From: a virus | Lineage: Duplodnaviria > Caudoviricetes | IMG/VR virus record: IMGVR_UViG_2881418779_000002 | Coordinates: 2,227-66,226 of that record | Reading direction: 5' to 3' (one strand) | Length of the DNA stretch: 64,000 bases | Shown here: piece by piece, positions 17,941-27,810 of the stretch | Numbering within the stretch: position 1 is the stretch's first letter | Layout: each line of letters opens with the position of its first letter | Position numbers and translations under genes: made by a program | Notes under the pieces: model-generated | The model's database searches: none | What the model saw: only the letters and a program-made list of their open reading frames with translations | What the model was told of the DNA's origin: nothing

Positions 17941-19497
17941 TTATCCTTGAATTGCAAGTCGTTCTAATTTGCAGCAGGCGATTTCCCCGAAGCGATCCAA
18001 TTCCATATTGTCCGCTTGCTGGGCAAGCTCGATCTGCTCGACGCAGTAAGCCTGCGCGGTCTCTGCACTGATTCCGATAGCGCCCGCGATGAACGGAGCG
18101 AGCTTTGAGTAAGCATCGATTAGTGATTCCCGGGAGCCCTTAAGTGCACGGGAGACCATTTCCACCTCTTTACGCGCCACGCGTTCAGCGGCGGCCGACG
18201 CTAGCGCAACTAGGCGAGCGTCTGATTTTCCTGGTGCGGGTGGCGCATCGGCTGGCGAATCATTTGGATTCGCATTAGCCGGGAGCGCCTCTCCACTTTC
18301 CACCTCATCATCCTCCTCATCTGCGGCGCCATCTGCGATCATGTTCAGTGGGCGCAATGGCTCATCGAGTCCTGGTAATGGATTGTACGATTCAGCAATT
18401 CTGGCTTCGTTACGGGTCAGCCAGCCACCCATAATGCCTTTGTTGTAATACAGTGATCGAGCTGCAGAATCGCCGCGCAACAGGGAAATGATCGGAAACT
18501 CAACCTGAAGGGTATCGTCATCCGGATCTAGAAAGTTGAACCGTATCGCCTCCTCCCAACATACGACCCATGGCATTAAGTCGTCATTCACCGAATCGAT
18601 TGACTGTTGCTCGATATTCGAGAACGTCGCCTTTTCTAGGTCGCCAATCTTGTGTGGGCGCACGCCAAATAGGCGCGCAATGTCCGACACACTGTATTTC
18701 CGCGACTCAATGAACTGAGCGTCACCATTGCTAATGGCGACACCAGAATGGTATTTCAGCCCATATTCAAGGACTGCCAACTTACCTTTATTCTTCCCGC
18801 CCTGCTGCTCCTGCCAAGATTCTCGCCACAGACGTCGCGCTTCGTTATCCTTGAAGTTGCTCGGATGCTCAATCCATCCACCAGAGGGCGCTGCATCATT
18901 CTCAAAAAATCGGGTGCCATAGTTCTGCGCGGCGATCGCACCCGCAATTGCACTACGCGCTAACTGAATCGGGCTGTAGCCCATGATGCCATCACCAGAC
19001 AGGCCCTTCAGATGGAACATGTCTATGCGATTGACTACCGTCGTCGTCCCGTCTGCATTCTTGATCCGGTAGCGCCAATTAGTATCCGTTAGCAACTCAA
19101 TCGCAACGCGGTCCGGATGAATCGGAATCAGGTCGGTAACCTCCCCTTTTCCATTGGAAAAAATGCGCGCAAAGGCATTTCCTCGTAATGACAGGTGACC
19201 CTGCATCATCGACCGAAATTCTGCCGGGTTCTGGAAGTCGTTTGGGCGACGTGCGAATATGCGATACAGCCAATGCTTCTTGATTTTTGTCTTCGTGCCA
19301 TCTGCACTCTCTTCATACAGGAGGAATGGCAGTGTCGACACTGAGTTCGACAGCACGCGTACACACGCATAGACGGCCGTCAACTGCAAGGACGCGTCAG
19401 CAGTAACAGCCGACCCATTGAACGGCACCGGGTTAAACCAAAAGCCTCCCCACGGCGAACGGTCACCGCTGTCGGCCCGTATCTTGGTCAGAAACAT
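17941..19497 (-). CDS. Portal protein, HK97 family
   Basis: AVYACVRVLS, GYSPIQLA, IARLFGV.PH.IG and TFSNIEQQ motifs. Confidence 0.95.
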   Translation of the reverse strand: MFLTKIRADSGDRSPWGGFWFNPVPFNGSAVTADASLQLTAVYACVRVLSNSVSTLPFLLYEESADGTKTKIKKHWLYRIFARRPNDFQNPAEFRSMMQGHLSLRGNAFARIFSNGKGEVTDLIPIHPDRVAIELLTDTNWRYRIKNADGTTTVVNRIDMFHLKGLSGDGIMGYSPIQLARSAIAGAIAAQNYGTRFFENDAAPSGGWIEHPSNFKDNEARRLWRESWQEQQGGKNKGKLAVLEYGLKYHSGVAISNGDAQFIESRKYSVSDIARLFGVRPHKIGDLEKATFSNIEQQSIDSVNDDLMPWVVCWEEAIRFNFLDPDDDTLQVEFPIISLLRGDSAARSLYYNKGIMGGWLTRNEARIAESYNPLPGLDEPLRPLNMIADGAADEEDDEVESGEALPANANPNDSPADAPPAPGKSDARLVALASAAAERVARKEVEMVSRALKGSRESLIDAYSKLAPFIAGAIGISAETAQAYCVEQIELAQQADNMELDRFGEIACCKLERLAIQG

Positions 19498-19653
19498 TTA
19501 ACCCTTCCGTGACAGGTTAGCAGCGGCCAGCGTTAGGCCGATAACCAGCGTTCCGACCACGACCAATGCGGCTGCCGCACTCCAGATTGCGATACCAGAG
19601 CCAATCATAGCCAGCCCCGCGAGCATAGAGGTGTTGTAAACAATCATATTCAT
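19498..19653 (-). CDS. Small membrane protein between terminase and portal
   Basis: About 50 aa, almost fully hydrophobic. Confidence 0.55.
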   Translation of the reverse strand: MNMIVYNTSMLAGLAMIGSGIAIWSAAAALVVVGTLVIGLTLAAANLSRKG

Positions 19654-19654
19654 T

Positions 19655-21376
19655 TCACACCACCATAAGTTCGTAATCATCCGGCATTGACCTAGCGTCG
19701 CTTTGCATAGCGCGGCCTATTGCCATTATGAGCGCGATCGCGCCATCAATTTTGTTATCGTCACCTTGTTTTATGGGGCGAACAACATCATCATTTCCAG
19801 GTAAAAATTTACCAATAACGTTCGATATGCACCAAGTCATGATCGGATTGCCGTCGTGGTGAAACCGACCTGATGCGATTGCCGATTCGAGCTCCTTCAT
19901 TGGGTCGGACATGTTTGTATAGTTCTGCGTGATAACCACTGGCGTCAATCCCTCGTCGTCGAGCTGGTGGGAAAGTCCTGTGGCACCGTGCGGATCAATC
20001 GGACATGTATCCACTGGGGAAACCTTATTTACCTCGACCGCCTCCGCCAAAATCTCACGATAATCAACCTCTGCGCCCGCAGTCTCGTATAGCAAATCAC
20101 TATTTACCCACGCCTGAAACCGTTCTGCCATACGCTTGTTATCGGTGTTTTTCACCGTCTCTTCCGGCACCCAAAATCGGGGTGTCACGCTATAGTAGTG
20201 TCGCTTACCATCAATATCACGAGTGAACAGCTTGGCCATGCTATTCATATCCAGTTTCCGAGCTAAATCGAAGCCCAATACACATGACTGCCCCTCGAAC
20301 TGCTCCGATGTAAGCGTTTTGTCTTCGCAGTCGCGCCACTTCGGCATGTTGTAAAATCCTGTCTTGACCGATGTCCAGACATTCAGATGCTTGGTTTTGA
20401 ACGTATTCGTAAAACGCGCGGTCCGAATCGCCTTTTGCTGCTGGCTTTCCAGATAGGCCCGAAACACCGACACCCCCATATTGGGGTTCGCTTTCGCCAA
20501 CACTTCAGGCTTAGTCCAATCATCCCCCTCGTCGATCGTGAAAATCCAACCGAACAGCTCATCATCCGGCACCGTACCATCGAGCATTTCAATAACCTGG
20601 CGTCGCTTGTCGTAGCAAGGCCCTTCAATGTTAGCTCCGGCTGTCGTGATGATCAGGACCAGCGGTTGGCGACGCGCACCCATCCCGGTCAACATGGTTT
20701 CGTATAGCGCAGCTGAGTTGTGCTCGTGATATTCGTCGATGATCGCGCATGATGGCGATGCGCCATCGCCTGGGTTGCCGATCAAGGGCTCAAAGCGGCT
20801 ACCATCCTCGGGCAAATTCATATTTGACGCATTGACCTCAATGCCAGCGGCCTCGATCAGCATTGGCGTTCGCTTGACCATTAGTCGCGCCGGTCGGAAT
20901 ACCTCCCAAGCTTGCTTTTCACTGGTCGCACCGGAATACACCTCTGCGCCAAACTCATTGTCCGCGATGAACATACTAATTGCCACACCAGCACCGATGA
21001 CCGACTTCCCATTCTTCCGACAGACCTCCCAGTAACTTTCTCGGAAGCGCCGAAAATTTGTTTTCTTGTTCTTCCAACCAAAGGTGCAGGCGAGGCCGAA
21101 CTTTTGCCACGGCTCTAGCGTTACCAACTGGCGCTTGAAGCCCCATTCGCCCTTTGTGTGTGGCAGCATTTCTATTAGCTGCAGCTTCTTTTCGGCCTCT
21201 GCTGCATCAAATTTATATTGATATGTGCGCTTACGGCTGACCGCTAAGTCATCCAAGTGGCGCTGACACGCTAACCTAACCCATCGACATGCAGGTAGGC
21301 GTCCAGCGACAATGTCACGCGCGTATTTGTTAGCCTGATCAACTCGGGGATATTTCTTTACCGCTTTACTAACCAT
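19655..21376 (-). CDS. terL: Terminase large subunit
   Basis: CRKNGKS Walker A, IIDEYHEH Walker B, GFDLA and KIDGAIA nuclease motifs. Confidence 0.97.
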   Translation of the reverse strand: MVSKAVKKYPRVDQANKYARDIVAGRLPACRWVRLACQRHLDDLAVSRKRTYQYKFDAAEAEKKLQLIEMLPHTKGEWGFKRQLVTLEPWQKFGLACTFGWKNKKTNFRRFRESYWEVCRKNGKSVIGAGVAISMFIADNEFGAEVYSGATSEKQAWEVFRPARLMVKRTPMLIEAAGIEVNASNMNLPEDGSRFEPLIGNPGDGASPSCAIIDEYHEHNSAALYETMLTGMGARRQPLVLIITTAGANIEGPCYDKRRQVIEMLDGTVPDDELFGWIFTIDEGDDWTKPEVLAKANPNMGVSVFRAYLESQQQKAIRTARFTNTFKTKHLNVWTSVKTGFYNMPKWRDCEDKTLTSEQFEGQSCVLGFDLARKLDMNSMAKLFTRDIDGKRHYYSVTPRFWVPEETVKNTDNKRMAERFQAWVNSDLLYETAGAEVDYREILAEAVEVNKVSPVDTCPIDPHGATGLSHQLDDEGLTPVVITQNYTNMSDPMKELESAIASGRFHHDGNPIMTWCISNVIGKFLPGNDDVVRPIKQGDDNKIDGAIALIMAIGRAMQSDARSMPDDYELMVV

Positions 21377-21848
21377 TGATCAACTTACCGAAAGGGTTGT
21401 CGGCCTTCTTTTTGCCACCACCAATCAAACGCTGTCGACTTGTCGGATCCAGTCCGAGCAAGCCGCCGAATGTTGCCATCTGCCTTGATGCCTCGTTTTG
21501 CGCAGTCAGCGCAGGATTTTTAATTGGCCCGCCGGTCGCGCCCTCTACCACCACGCCGTTATTGGCAACATCGATGACCGATAGCCGCCATGTGTTGTAT
21601 GCCATGCAAAAAATCTCAACGTTATGCAGATCAGTTGTTTGCAATACTTTTTGCTGGCACAGCAACGGGACAATACGCAGCCACATGTCGCGACCGCACC
21701 CTAAAATCCATTCAGGTGGATCAATATCGGCGACCTCACCAAAATCGGGTTCACGAGCATTTAAAGCGCGCTTGCCCGGATTCCCGGCGGCAATTTTGCG
21801 CTGTGTTGGCTTTGCCTTCCGTCCGGACCGCCCTGCAACCCCAGGCAT
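21369..21848 (-). CDS. terS: Terminase small subunit, P27 family
   Basis: GNPGKR, KNPAL and [12 protein letters not shown] motifs. Confidence 0.93.
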   Translation of the reverse strand: MPGVAGRSGRKAKPTQRKIAAGNPGKRALNAREPDFGEVADIDPPEWILGCGRDMWLRIVPLLCQQKVLQTTDLHNVEIFCMAYNTWRLSVIDVANNGVVVEGATGGPIKNPALTAQNEASRQMATFGGLLGLDPTSRQRLIGGGKKKADNPFGKLING

Positions 21849-21939
21849 TACCGCCCGCCGTGGCGAGCGCTGTACTCCCTGGCGACGCTAAGCAGCCTAT
21901 TCGATAGTTGCGTAAAAGACATTGTTATTTGCGCCGTTT

Positions 21940-22030
21940 TAAATTGATATTACGCGGGTGTAAAAAAAAGCTTGAACGGTCGGTCTTTAAAATGAAAACA
22001 ACCATGGATTTGATGGGCCCTACCCCTTTA
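21940..22030 (-). other. Probable cos packaging region
   Basis: Non-coding interval between HNH and terS: GGGGTAGGG..TCAAATCC...GACCGACCG...TTTTTTACACCCGCG, the layout typical of 3'-cos HK97/P27-like phages. Confidence 0.55.
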
Positions 22031-22152
22031 AATGAGGCCGCTACCGCTGTTGATAAGCCGTCAAATCAACCGTTGCAGCAACGGCATGGCACAACGCGCA
22101 GCGAGACAAACAACGTCTCTCAGCACGTTTAAATCAATCCTGTGGCATTCAA

Positions 22153-22584
22153 TTATTTATCCCGCTGAGCCATGGGCGCGCGCCCGAACCCACCATCTTC
22201 CAATACGGTTTTAGCATCATGATGTGGCTTGCATAGCGACTGCCAATTCTCGACGCTATCCCAGAACAGCGCTCGGGCTTTGGCGATAGCTTCGATGTTG
22301 CCACTATCTAATGCGTCCTTGAGTTTATGAGGAATGATGTGATCGACCACAGTAGCGGCAACCACATTACCGACGCCTTGGCAGCGCACACACAATGAAT
22401 GCTTGCGCAAGTAGAAGCTGCGCGCCTTCGACCATGCGCTTGTGTATCCACGCTCATGGGCCGTGCCACGCTGCACCGCATCCTCCTGCTGCCTATCCCT
22501 CTTATGCTTGATGCAGAAGCCAGGTGAATCAACCAATGCACCGCAGCTCGCTTGCCTGCAGATACTCTTTGCACGCTTAGGCAT
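22153..22584 (-). CDS. Terminase-associated HNH endonuclease
   Basis: GTAHERGY...CVRC...VVDHIIPH...NWQSLCKPHH.KT; upstream of cos/terS. Confidence 0.9.
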   Translation of the reverse strand: MPKRAKSICRQASCGALVDSPGFCIKHKRDRQQEDAVQRGTAHERGYTSAWSKARSFYLRKHSLCVRCQGVGNVVAATVVDHIIPHKLKDALDSGNIEAIAKARALFWDSVENWQSLCKPHHDAKTVLEDGGFGRAPMAQRDK

Positions 22585-22586
22585 GA

Positions 22587-22895
22587 CTATGGAACCACCA
22601 GCAGGGTGCCTTGATTCGGCTCTGGCAAAATGATCGTCTGACCAGTCGATGTTACGGCAGTGCAGATGGGTGAATAACGTACCCAACCAATCCCCCCTGT
22701 GAGCCTCTGACTAACTATCGATCCGCTGATACTAGCCACTCCTTGAATCATCGCACCAGGGGATGGATCCGCGCCTACCCTGACGTTATTCGTCCACGTA
22801 GCGCTCGTGATCGTCTCGCCGATACCAAGCAATGCAGCGTAATCGACACTAAATATTTCCGTCTCGCCTACGCGCTTTGGCGTGAAATCACTCAT
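22587..22895 (-). CDS. Putative fibre adaptor protein
   Basis: PKRVGETEIFSVDY...GETITSATW signature of small beta-sandwich fibre-adaptor proteins. Confidence 0.55.
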   Translation of the reverse strand: MSDFTPKRVGETEIFSVDYAALLGIGETITSATWTNNVRVGADPSPGAMIQGVASISGSIVSQRLTGGIGWVRYSPICTAVTSTGQTIILPEPNQGTLLVVP

Positions 22896-23638
22896 ATCAC
22901 TCTTATCCTGGATTCGCCCACTAAACTGCGACGCCTAGCACCAACCATCAGTCTGATTCGTGCTTGGCCGATGTATGTATGTAATGGGTTTGAGCGCAGT
23001 GGAGATGCCCCGATTGCGATGCCAGTACCAGATGCAGATGCAATGCCGGCGGCAATCGAAATGCTCACACCTGTAGCAACACTTGATCCTGCTGCAATTC
23101 CAATAGCGCTCGTTTTTGCAATGGCGGTCGCAGTGGACGTTCCTGCTGACGACCCAACCGATTCTGCCCTACTGCCTCCTGCCGCGATCGCGGAACTAAT
23201 TCCAGATGAACTAGCAATAGCTTCTACTAGCACGGCACCGACGCCAACCACTACGCCAAACCCACCGGCGGATCCTCCAGCGACCACCCTCGATGTGCCT
23301 ATTGCACCGACCACTCCCGCTCCAGCGCTATTAGCGGCAGCCGCAACAGCGGATGCGCCCACAGCAGCAGCGCCGCTGGTGCCGACTGCGCTTGCTGTTA
23401 ATGCTATGGCGCTAATTCCTACTGCAGTCGGAGTGCCAGTACCGTTTGCGCTACCTCGGGATGCCGCAGCGCTACCACCGGCTGCGCTTGCTACTCCAGC
23501 GCCGCTAGCGGTCGCTACCGCAGCAGATGAAGTGGCAAGCGTTTCCTCAATAAATGTCCCACCAGCCGATGATTGATTACTATCGACCTCGTTGACGTAG
23601 AGTGGGCCAATCGAACTGTAGAGCGCCGCCTGACTCAT
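22892..23638 (-). CDS. Ala/Gly/Ser-rich fibre-like protein
   Basis: Low-complexity repeats of small residues with a basic C-terminus. Confidence 0.55.
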   Translation of the reverse strand: MSQAALYSSIGPLYVNEVDSNQSSAGGTFIEETLATSSAAVATASGAGVASAAGGSAAASRGSANGTGTPTAVGISAIALTASAVGTSGAAAVGASAVAAAANSAGAGVVGAIGTSRVVAGGSAGGFGVVVGVGAVLVEAIASSSGISSAIAAGGSRAESVGSSAGTSTATAIAKTSAIGIAAGSSVATGVSISIAAGIASASGTGIAIGASPLRSNPLHTYIGQARIRLMVGARRRSLVGESRIRVI

Positions 23639-23640
23639 GA

Positions 23641-25401
23641 TTAGCTCAGCGTAACTTTAGGGCAGAGATAGTACGCGGTTGACGCTTTAGCTGCTTTTGG
23701 GTACGCATAAATATATCCAACTTGCGCGGGCTGCGGGCTTGTTAGGGCGACCGTCATCTGAAAGCGCATTGCTGCGCGGAACACTGCCGTACCGTCTGTC
23801 ACGGAACCACCGTCCACTGCGGAGGTGTAACCAGCTGGTTCAGATGCGGCCGATGTGCCGGCAGTCGTGCAGAAGAAGATGCGCCCCGGATTTGATGCGA
23901 GTTTGCGCACCATGCCAACCGTATAAGCTGTCGAGTTCGCACGAGCAGTAACAAGGCTATCCCATGCTTGTGTGCTAGCACTCCAAGCCGTGCCTGTTGC
24001 CAAGAGGTCAGACTTTGTCCCAGACTGGAATGATCCTTGCGGACTCGCTGCCGAACCCATGTACTCAACATCAAACCATACGTCGTCGTTATTCGGTAGC
24101 GCGGCCGCATTCAGCAGCCCTTGCACAGTTACGTTAACATTAGCGCCTGTAACGAGATTCTTGATAACGATCGGGAACGTTTCGAATGGTAGAACCCACT
24201 GTGAATTTACACTTGATGTTAAGTTCCAACTTAATCCAGTTACGCCATCATTTGCACCGCCAGTACGGATAATGGTTGTCTCGGCAAGCTGGGTACCTTC
24301 GAATCGGTATTTTTCATTCCGGTAATTTGTCCCGGAGCTATCCGAGCGCATCACCTGAATCTCTGCGCCACCAGGAGATGACTGGGTAGCAGCCATATTA
24401 ACTGCACTTCCCAACTTACAGTCTTTAAATTGAAAAATCGCCGGTGCCGTACATGCGGCTACCAATGTTTTACCGCTGCCAAGTGCGGAAAGATCAACCC
24501 CTTCAAACGTAATAAGATCAGGGGAAATGGATTTAAACAATGTAGTGGGGAATACACTCCCAGCAATAGCATTAGGTGTATTCTGCCAAACTAGACGGCA
24601 TTGTTGAATTTGGACAGTATCTGTAATTGAACCAAGCATAAGCGCTGTGTTTTTCAGTTTTATCCACGTCATTCCCCCAGTCCCGCTGGTGCCGAAATTT
24701 ATCGCGGCCGCAGCCCCATTTGTCCCCATCTTTGCAAGAAGGACGCTCTCTAAAACAACTCCGATGGATGAACTATTACCAAGCAGAATGCCAGCCGATA
24801 CCGCACCCGTTCCGCAATAGAAGCTAATCCCATTAAGATAGTAATATCCCCCGCCAAGCGTAATCGGTGAACTCCCAGTTGTCGTAACTGTTGCAGTTGT
24901 TCGCAAATCCGCAGAAACTGGGGGGAGGCTTCCTGTCGCGCTAACACAGAGTATTTTTGATAGGTTATTGGTCACGCCGGGAGGAGACCCTGTCCATGCC
25001 GATGGTTGCGTTTCTGCATGATTGGCACCAACATAAAGCGCATCACCTGCCGCCATCCAAGTACTTGCTATGGCATTAACTAGCCGCGCATGCGGTGCTT
25101 TCCAATTACCAGCAACCTGATCTGCCTCCTGTCCAGTGCACTCTGTCCATGTCGGGCCAGCAGTTTCTGCCGTTACGCCATTTTTGGTGATGGACCAAGT
25201 CGGTTCGGCAGCAAGAGATGTCCCTGCGGATGTGCAGCGGAATACGCGCTCAGAGTTTAGCGCCGGTGTGGTGCGTTGGCGCACATAGTCGCCCCGCCCA
25301 CCATTCGACGAGGCAGAATAAGCAGTTGCGGCAGTCCACATCGGCACCGCGAAGTAGCCTGTCGTGGACCCATCTCCATAATTGCAGTAAATATTTGCCA
25401 C
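23641..25401 (-). CDS. Putative spike or adhesin with two related terminal modules and a beta-helix-like core
   Basis: 586 aa. N-terminal WTAATAY...VFRCTSAGTSLAAEP and C-terminal ANSTAYTVG...IFFCTTAGTSAASEP modules. Confidence 0.55.
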   Translation of the reverse strand: MANIYCNYGDGSTTGYFAVPMWTAATAYSASSNGGRGDYVRQRTTPALNSERVFRCTSAGTSLAAEPTWSITKNGVTAETAGPTWTECTGQEADQVAGNWKAPHARLVNAIASTWMAAGDALYVGANHAETQPSAWTGSPPGVTNNLSKILCVSATGSLPPVSADLRTTATVTTTGSSPITLGGGYYYLNGISFYCGTGAVSAGILLGNSSSIGVVLESVLLAKMGTNGAAAAINFGTSGTGGMTWIKLKNTALMLGSITDTVQIQQCRLVWQNTPNAIAGSVFPTTLFKSISPDLITFEGVDLSALGSGKTLVAACTAPAIFQFKDCKLGSAVNMAATQSSPGGAEIQVMRSDSSGTNYRNEKYRFEGTQLAETTIIRTGGANDGVTGLSWNLTSSVNSQWVLPFETFPIVIKNLVTGANVNVTVQGLLNAAALPNNDDVWFDVEYMGSAASPQGSFQSGTKSDLLATGTAWSASTQAWDSLVTARANSTAYTVGMVRKLASNPGRIFFCTTAGTSAASEPAGYTSAVDGGSVTDGTAVFRAAMRFQMTVALTSPQPAQVGYIYAYPKAAKASTAYYLCPKVTLS

Positions 25402-25850
25402 TATGCCGCCCCGATGACTGCTACACGATCAGGGGTCAATAGGCCTTTTGCAGACAGATAACTCAGTCCGTTTTGCACATCAGAATTGAGTGGATAAACG
25501 ACATCAGCATGGCTCAATAGCACCATGAAGTCCTCGATGATGGGGTCACTCTTAGTTGCCGCCCGGATCCCAATCCGCTCTTGCGGCGTCATTCGACTAA
25601 GAAAGCCATACACGCTCAGCGGTAGAGTCGTGCCGAATACAATGGACTGTGCCACCGCCAACGATGCCAACTGCACGTTGAGTAGGGTGGCCCGTTCAGT
25701 CAGCACTAGATTGATATCAGTTGAATTATCGGCTAGGTAGGAGTAGTCGTACACACTACCGTCATCAGCCGTGTGGTGCTCGGTTATGTACTGACGACCA
25801 TCAGCCTGTGCATTGCCTGCCTCGTAGGTAGATGAGACGATGGTAGTCAC
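25401..25850 (-). CDS. Hypothetical fibre-assembly / chaperone-like protein
   Basis: Translationally coupled to the spike gene; C-terminal FLSRMTPQERIGIRAA...GLSYL motif. Confidence 0.5.
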   Translation of the reverse strand: MTTIVSSTYEAGNAQADGRQYITEHHTADDGSVYDYSYLADNSTDINLVLTERATLLNVQLASLAVAQSIVFGTTLPLSVYGFLSRMTPQERIGIRAATKSDPIIEDFMVLLSHADVVYPLNSDVQNGLSYLSAKGLLTPDRVAVIGAA

Positions 25851-25855
25851 AGCTA

Positions 25856-26293
25856 TTAATCCTCGGTGATCGTCGATGCTGTGGTCAAAACTGGTGTAAT
25901 CCCATTACCGGTTACGATATTCGGCGAGATTGCGCCGCTATACAACAGCTTTCCTGCGCCCGATGCGGCTGTGCCGATCCCGAAAAACGTCGCGGTACCA
26001 GTGCCGCCCGTACCAGCCGGAAAACTAATATTTGCAGCAGGGCTGATCGTACCGCTCGCGCCAGCACCCAATGTCCACCCGCCAGATGTGCGTGCCACTG
26101 CCACTCGGGCATAACTGGTATAAGCGACTTCGCTGGTCGCCTGCGTACCTGATTCGCCAGGGTCGGCGGTGTGCAGGCTCACGTACAGATTGGTCAGCGG
26201 AGCACCCGCAGCGTTGTCGGCCATATTGGCAATGGCAGTGGCATTGAAAATCAATCCCAGTAAATCTTTTTCAAATACGTCGGATTTCGACAT
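25856..26293 (-). CDS. Conserved phage fibre/structural protein
   Basis: MSKSDVFEKDLL.LIFN...LYVSLHTADPGE...YARVAVAR...ISFP motif. Confidence 0.65.
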   Translation of the reverse strand: MSKSDVFEKDLLGLIFNATAIANMADNAAGAPLTNLYVSLHTADPGESGTQATSEVAYTSYARVAVARTSGGWTLGAGASGTISPAANISFPAGTGGTGTATFFGIGTAASGAGKLLYSGAISPNIVTGNGITPVLTTASTITED

Positions 26294-26495
26294 TGCAGAC
26301 CTCGAATAAAAAAACCCGCACAGGGCGGGTAAGTTCCATCCTTGCGGGATAGAAGGAGACTCTTGAATTTGTGCGGCCATTTAGTGCGCTGGCCGTTTGC
26401 GATACTTGATATCGGTATTAACTCCCCACATCCTCAACTACGAACTAATCCTCTGCAATGCTGAGTTTCAATGGGCCACTTATGCCGCATGCGGC

Positions 26496-26828
26496 TCATT
26501 TGCAATTACCGCAGAAAAGTCTTGCGTCCATTTGCGATAATTCAGAATGCCTACGCACCATTGCGTCGTGCGCTGCATTGGCGTGAGCATGCATCCAAGC
26601 ATCAAACCCAATAGCATCTATCGGCAAACCCTTGCGTTGGACCAGCTCATATTCCACCAGTGCAGCGATAATAGTACGAGCATCACCCTCTAGATAATAT
26701 TCACACTTAACTGTGACGATCTCGTCCACAGCGCAGCGTAATTCAAATGATCTTGTGTGGCGGGGCAAACCGAGCGCGTTGATTAGGTCGGGACCTATTT
26801 CGCACCCTAAGATCGGCATGGCATTCAT
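26496..26828 (-). CDS. Hypothetical protein
   Basis: TAATG coupling to the Acb2-like gene. Confidence 0.5.
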   Translation of the reverse strand: MNAMPILGCEIGPDLINALGLPRHTRSFELRCAVDEIVTVKCEYYLEGDARTIIAALVEYELVQRKGLPIDAIGFDAWMHAHANAAHDAMVRRHSELSQMDARLFCGNCK

Positions 26829-27055
26829 TAAAACGTAGTTGGCTGCGCAACGCCGCGAATCGCCCACATGAATCCTTGCTGCAGATTCGTTTTGGCTATC
26901 GATACTGCGCGCTGATCGAGCGTGGCACCCTGAGCTTGTAGTTCATCAATCCATGCACCAACCAATGCAGCAAGCTCTTTGCCCTTGTTCATTGCATTGA
27001 TCTCGGCTTGCGAAAGATCGCGATAGCCTTTTATCTGTTTATGCTGATTATCCAT
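26828..27055 (-). CDS. acb2: Acb2/Tad1-family cyclic-oligonucleotide sponge (anti-CBASS)
   Basis: MDNQHKQIKGYRDLSQAEI..MN..KEL...AIAKT.LQQGFMWAIRGVAQPTTF closely matches the remembered Acb2 signature (MDNQHKKIKGYRDLSQEEI...IAQPDSF). Confidence 0.88.
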   Translation of the reverse strand: MDNQHKQIKGYRDLSQAEINAMNKGKELAALVGAWIDELQAQGATLDQRAVSIAKTNLQQGFMWAIRGVAQPTTF

Positions 27056-27186
27056 TGCATGCCTTAGAATAAAGAAAGCCGCTGCCGCAATTCAATGCGG
27101 GTCAGCGGCGAAGGTGCAATGGTGGCTGCACAAGGGAACTGTAATTATCGTGGAGATGATCACCTCCTTTCGACATTTAGTAATCG

Positions 27187-27450
27187 TTAATCAGGCGCCG
27201 CAGTGAAATCAACGTAGTATTTCTCGCCGACCTTGAACTGGCCGAACAGTGCTGGATTAGCGATGTTGATGGAAAGGTTTGCGCCTGGGGAGAACTTCGC
27301 GAACGTATTGTCCTCATCACTACCATCCTCCGGATACTTTGAAGCGGCAACAGCGTGCATAGTCAGGGTTTCTTGTGACTTGCTCTTTTCAGGACCCCAG
27401 AAGTGCTCCTGAATGAAACCTACCTGCATTTTTGCGCGCATCTTACTCAT
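27187..27450 (-). CDS. Conserved hypothetical phage protein
   Basis: GGAGA RBS; MRAKMQV...FAKFSP...INIANPALFGQFKVGEKYYVDFT. Confidence 0.7.
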   Translation of the reverse strand: MSKMRAKMQVGFIQEHFWGPEKSKSQETLTMHAVAASKYPEDGSDEDNTFAKFSPGANLSINIANPALFGQFKVGEKYYVDFTAAPD

Positions 27451-27536
27451 TGTATTTCTCCTTTGGGGTGTTCCGCGCAAGCAGTCGCAGCACTGTGCGC
27501 TCTTAGCCAGCCTCGCCGGCACTCTCTCGGAACAAA

Positions 27537-27569
27537 GCAAAAAGCCCCACCGTTGAAGGCGAGGCTTTG
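27537..27569 (-). terminator. Terminator hairpin, copy 2
   Basis: Minus strand AAAGCCTCGCC-TTCAAC-GGTGGGGCTTTTT. Confidence 0.7.
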
Positions 27570-27810
27570 AATAGTTGCCGGTTACAGCGTCCGGCGACAT
27601 TAAGCTTTATGTCTGTAGGTTGCTCCATGCTCGGCGTATCTTGCTGGCTTCTTCGTCGCGGCCTAGGCTATGTCCGCTCGCCAGCTGTTGGCATGTCTTG
27701 TTGCTTCCGTGGTTTATAGGCTAATTGACCCGATTAAGACCTCGCCAGTGTCAAGCTACTCGCTGCCCTATGGCCCCATCCGCGATAAGCCCGACCTTCA
27801 GATGTAAAAC

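Noticed and set aside
22743-23576. Plus-strand 277-aa Ala/Pro-rich ORF
   Set aside because: Antisense shadow of the low-complexity fibre gene.
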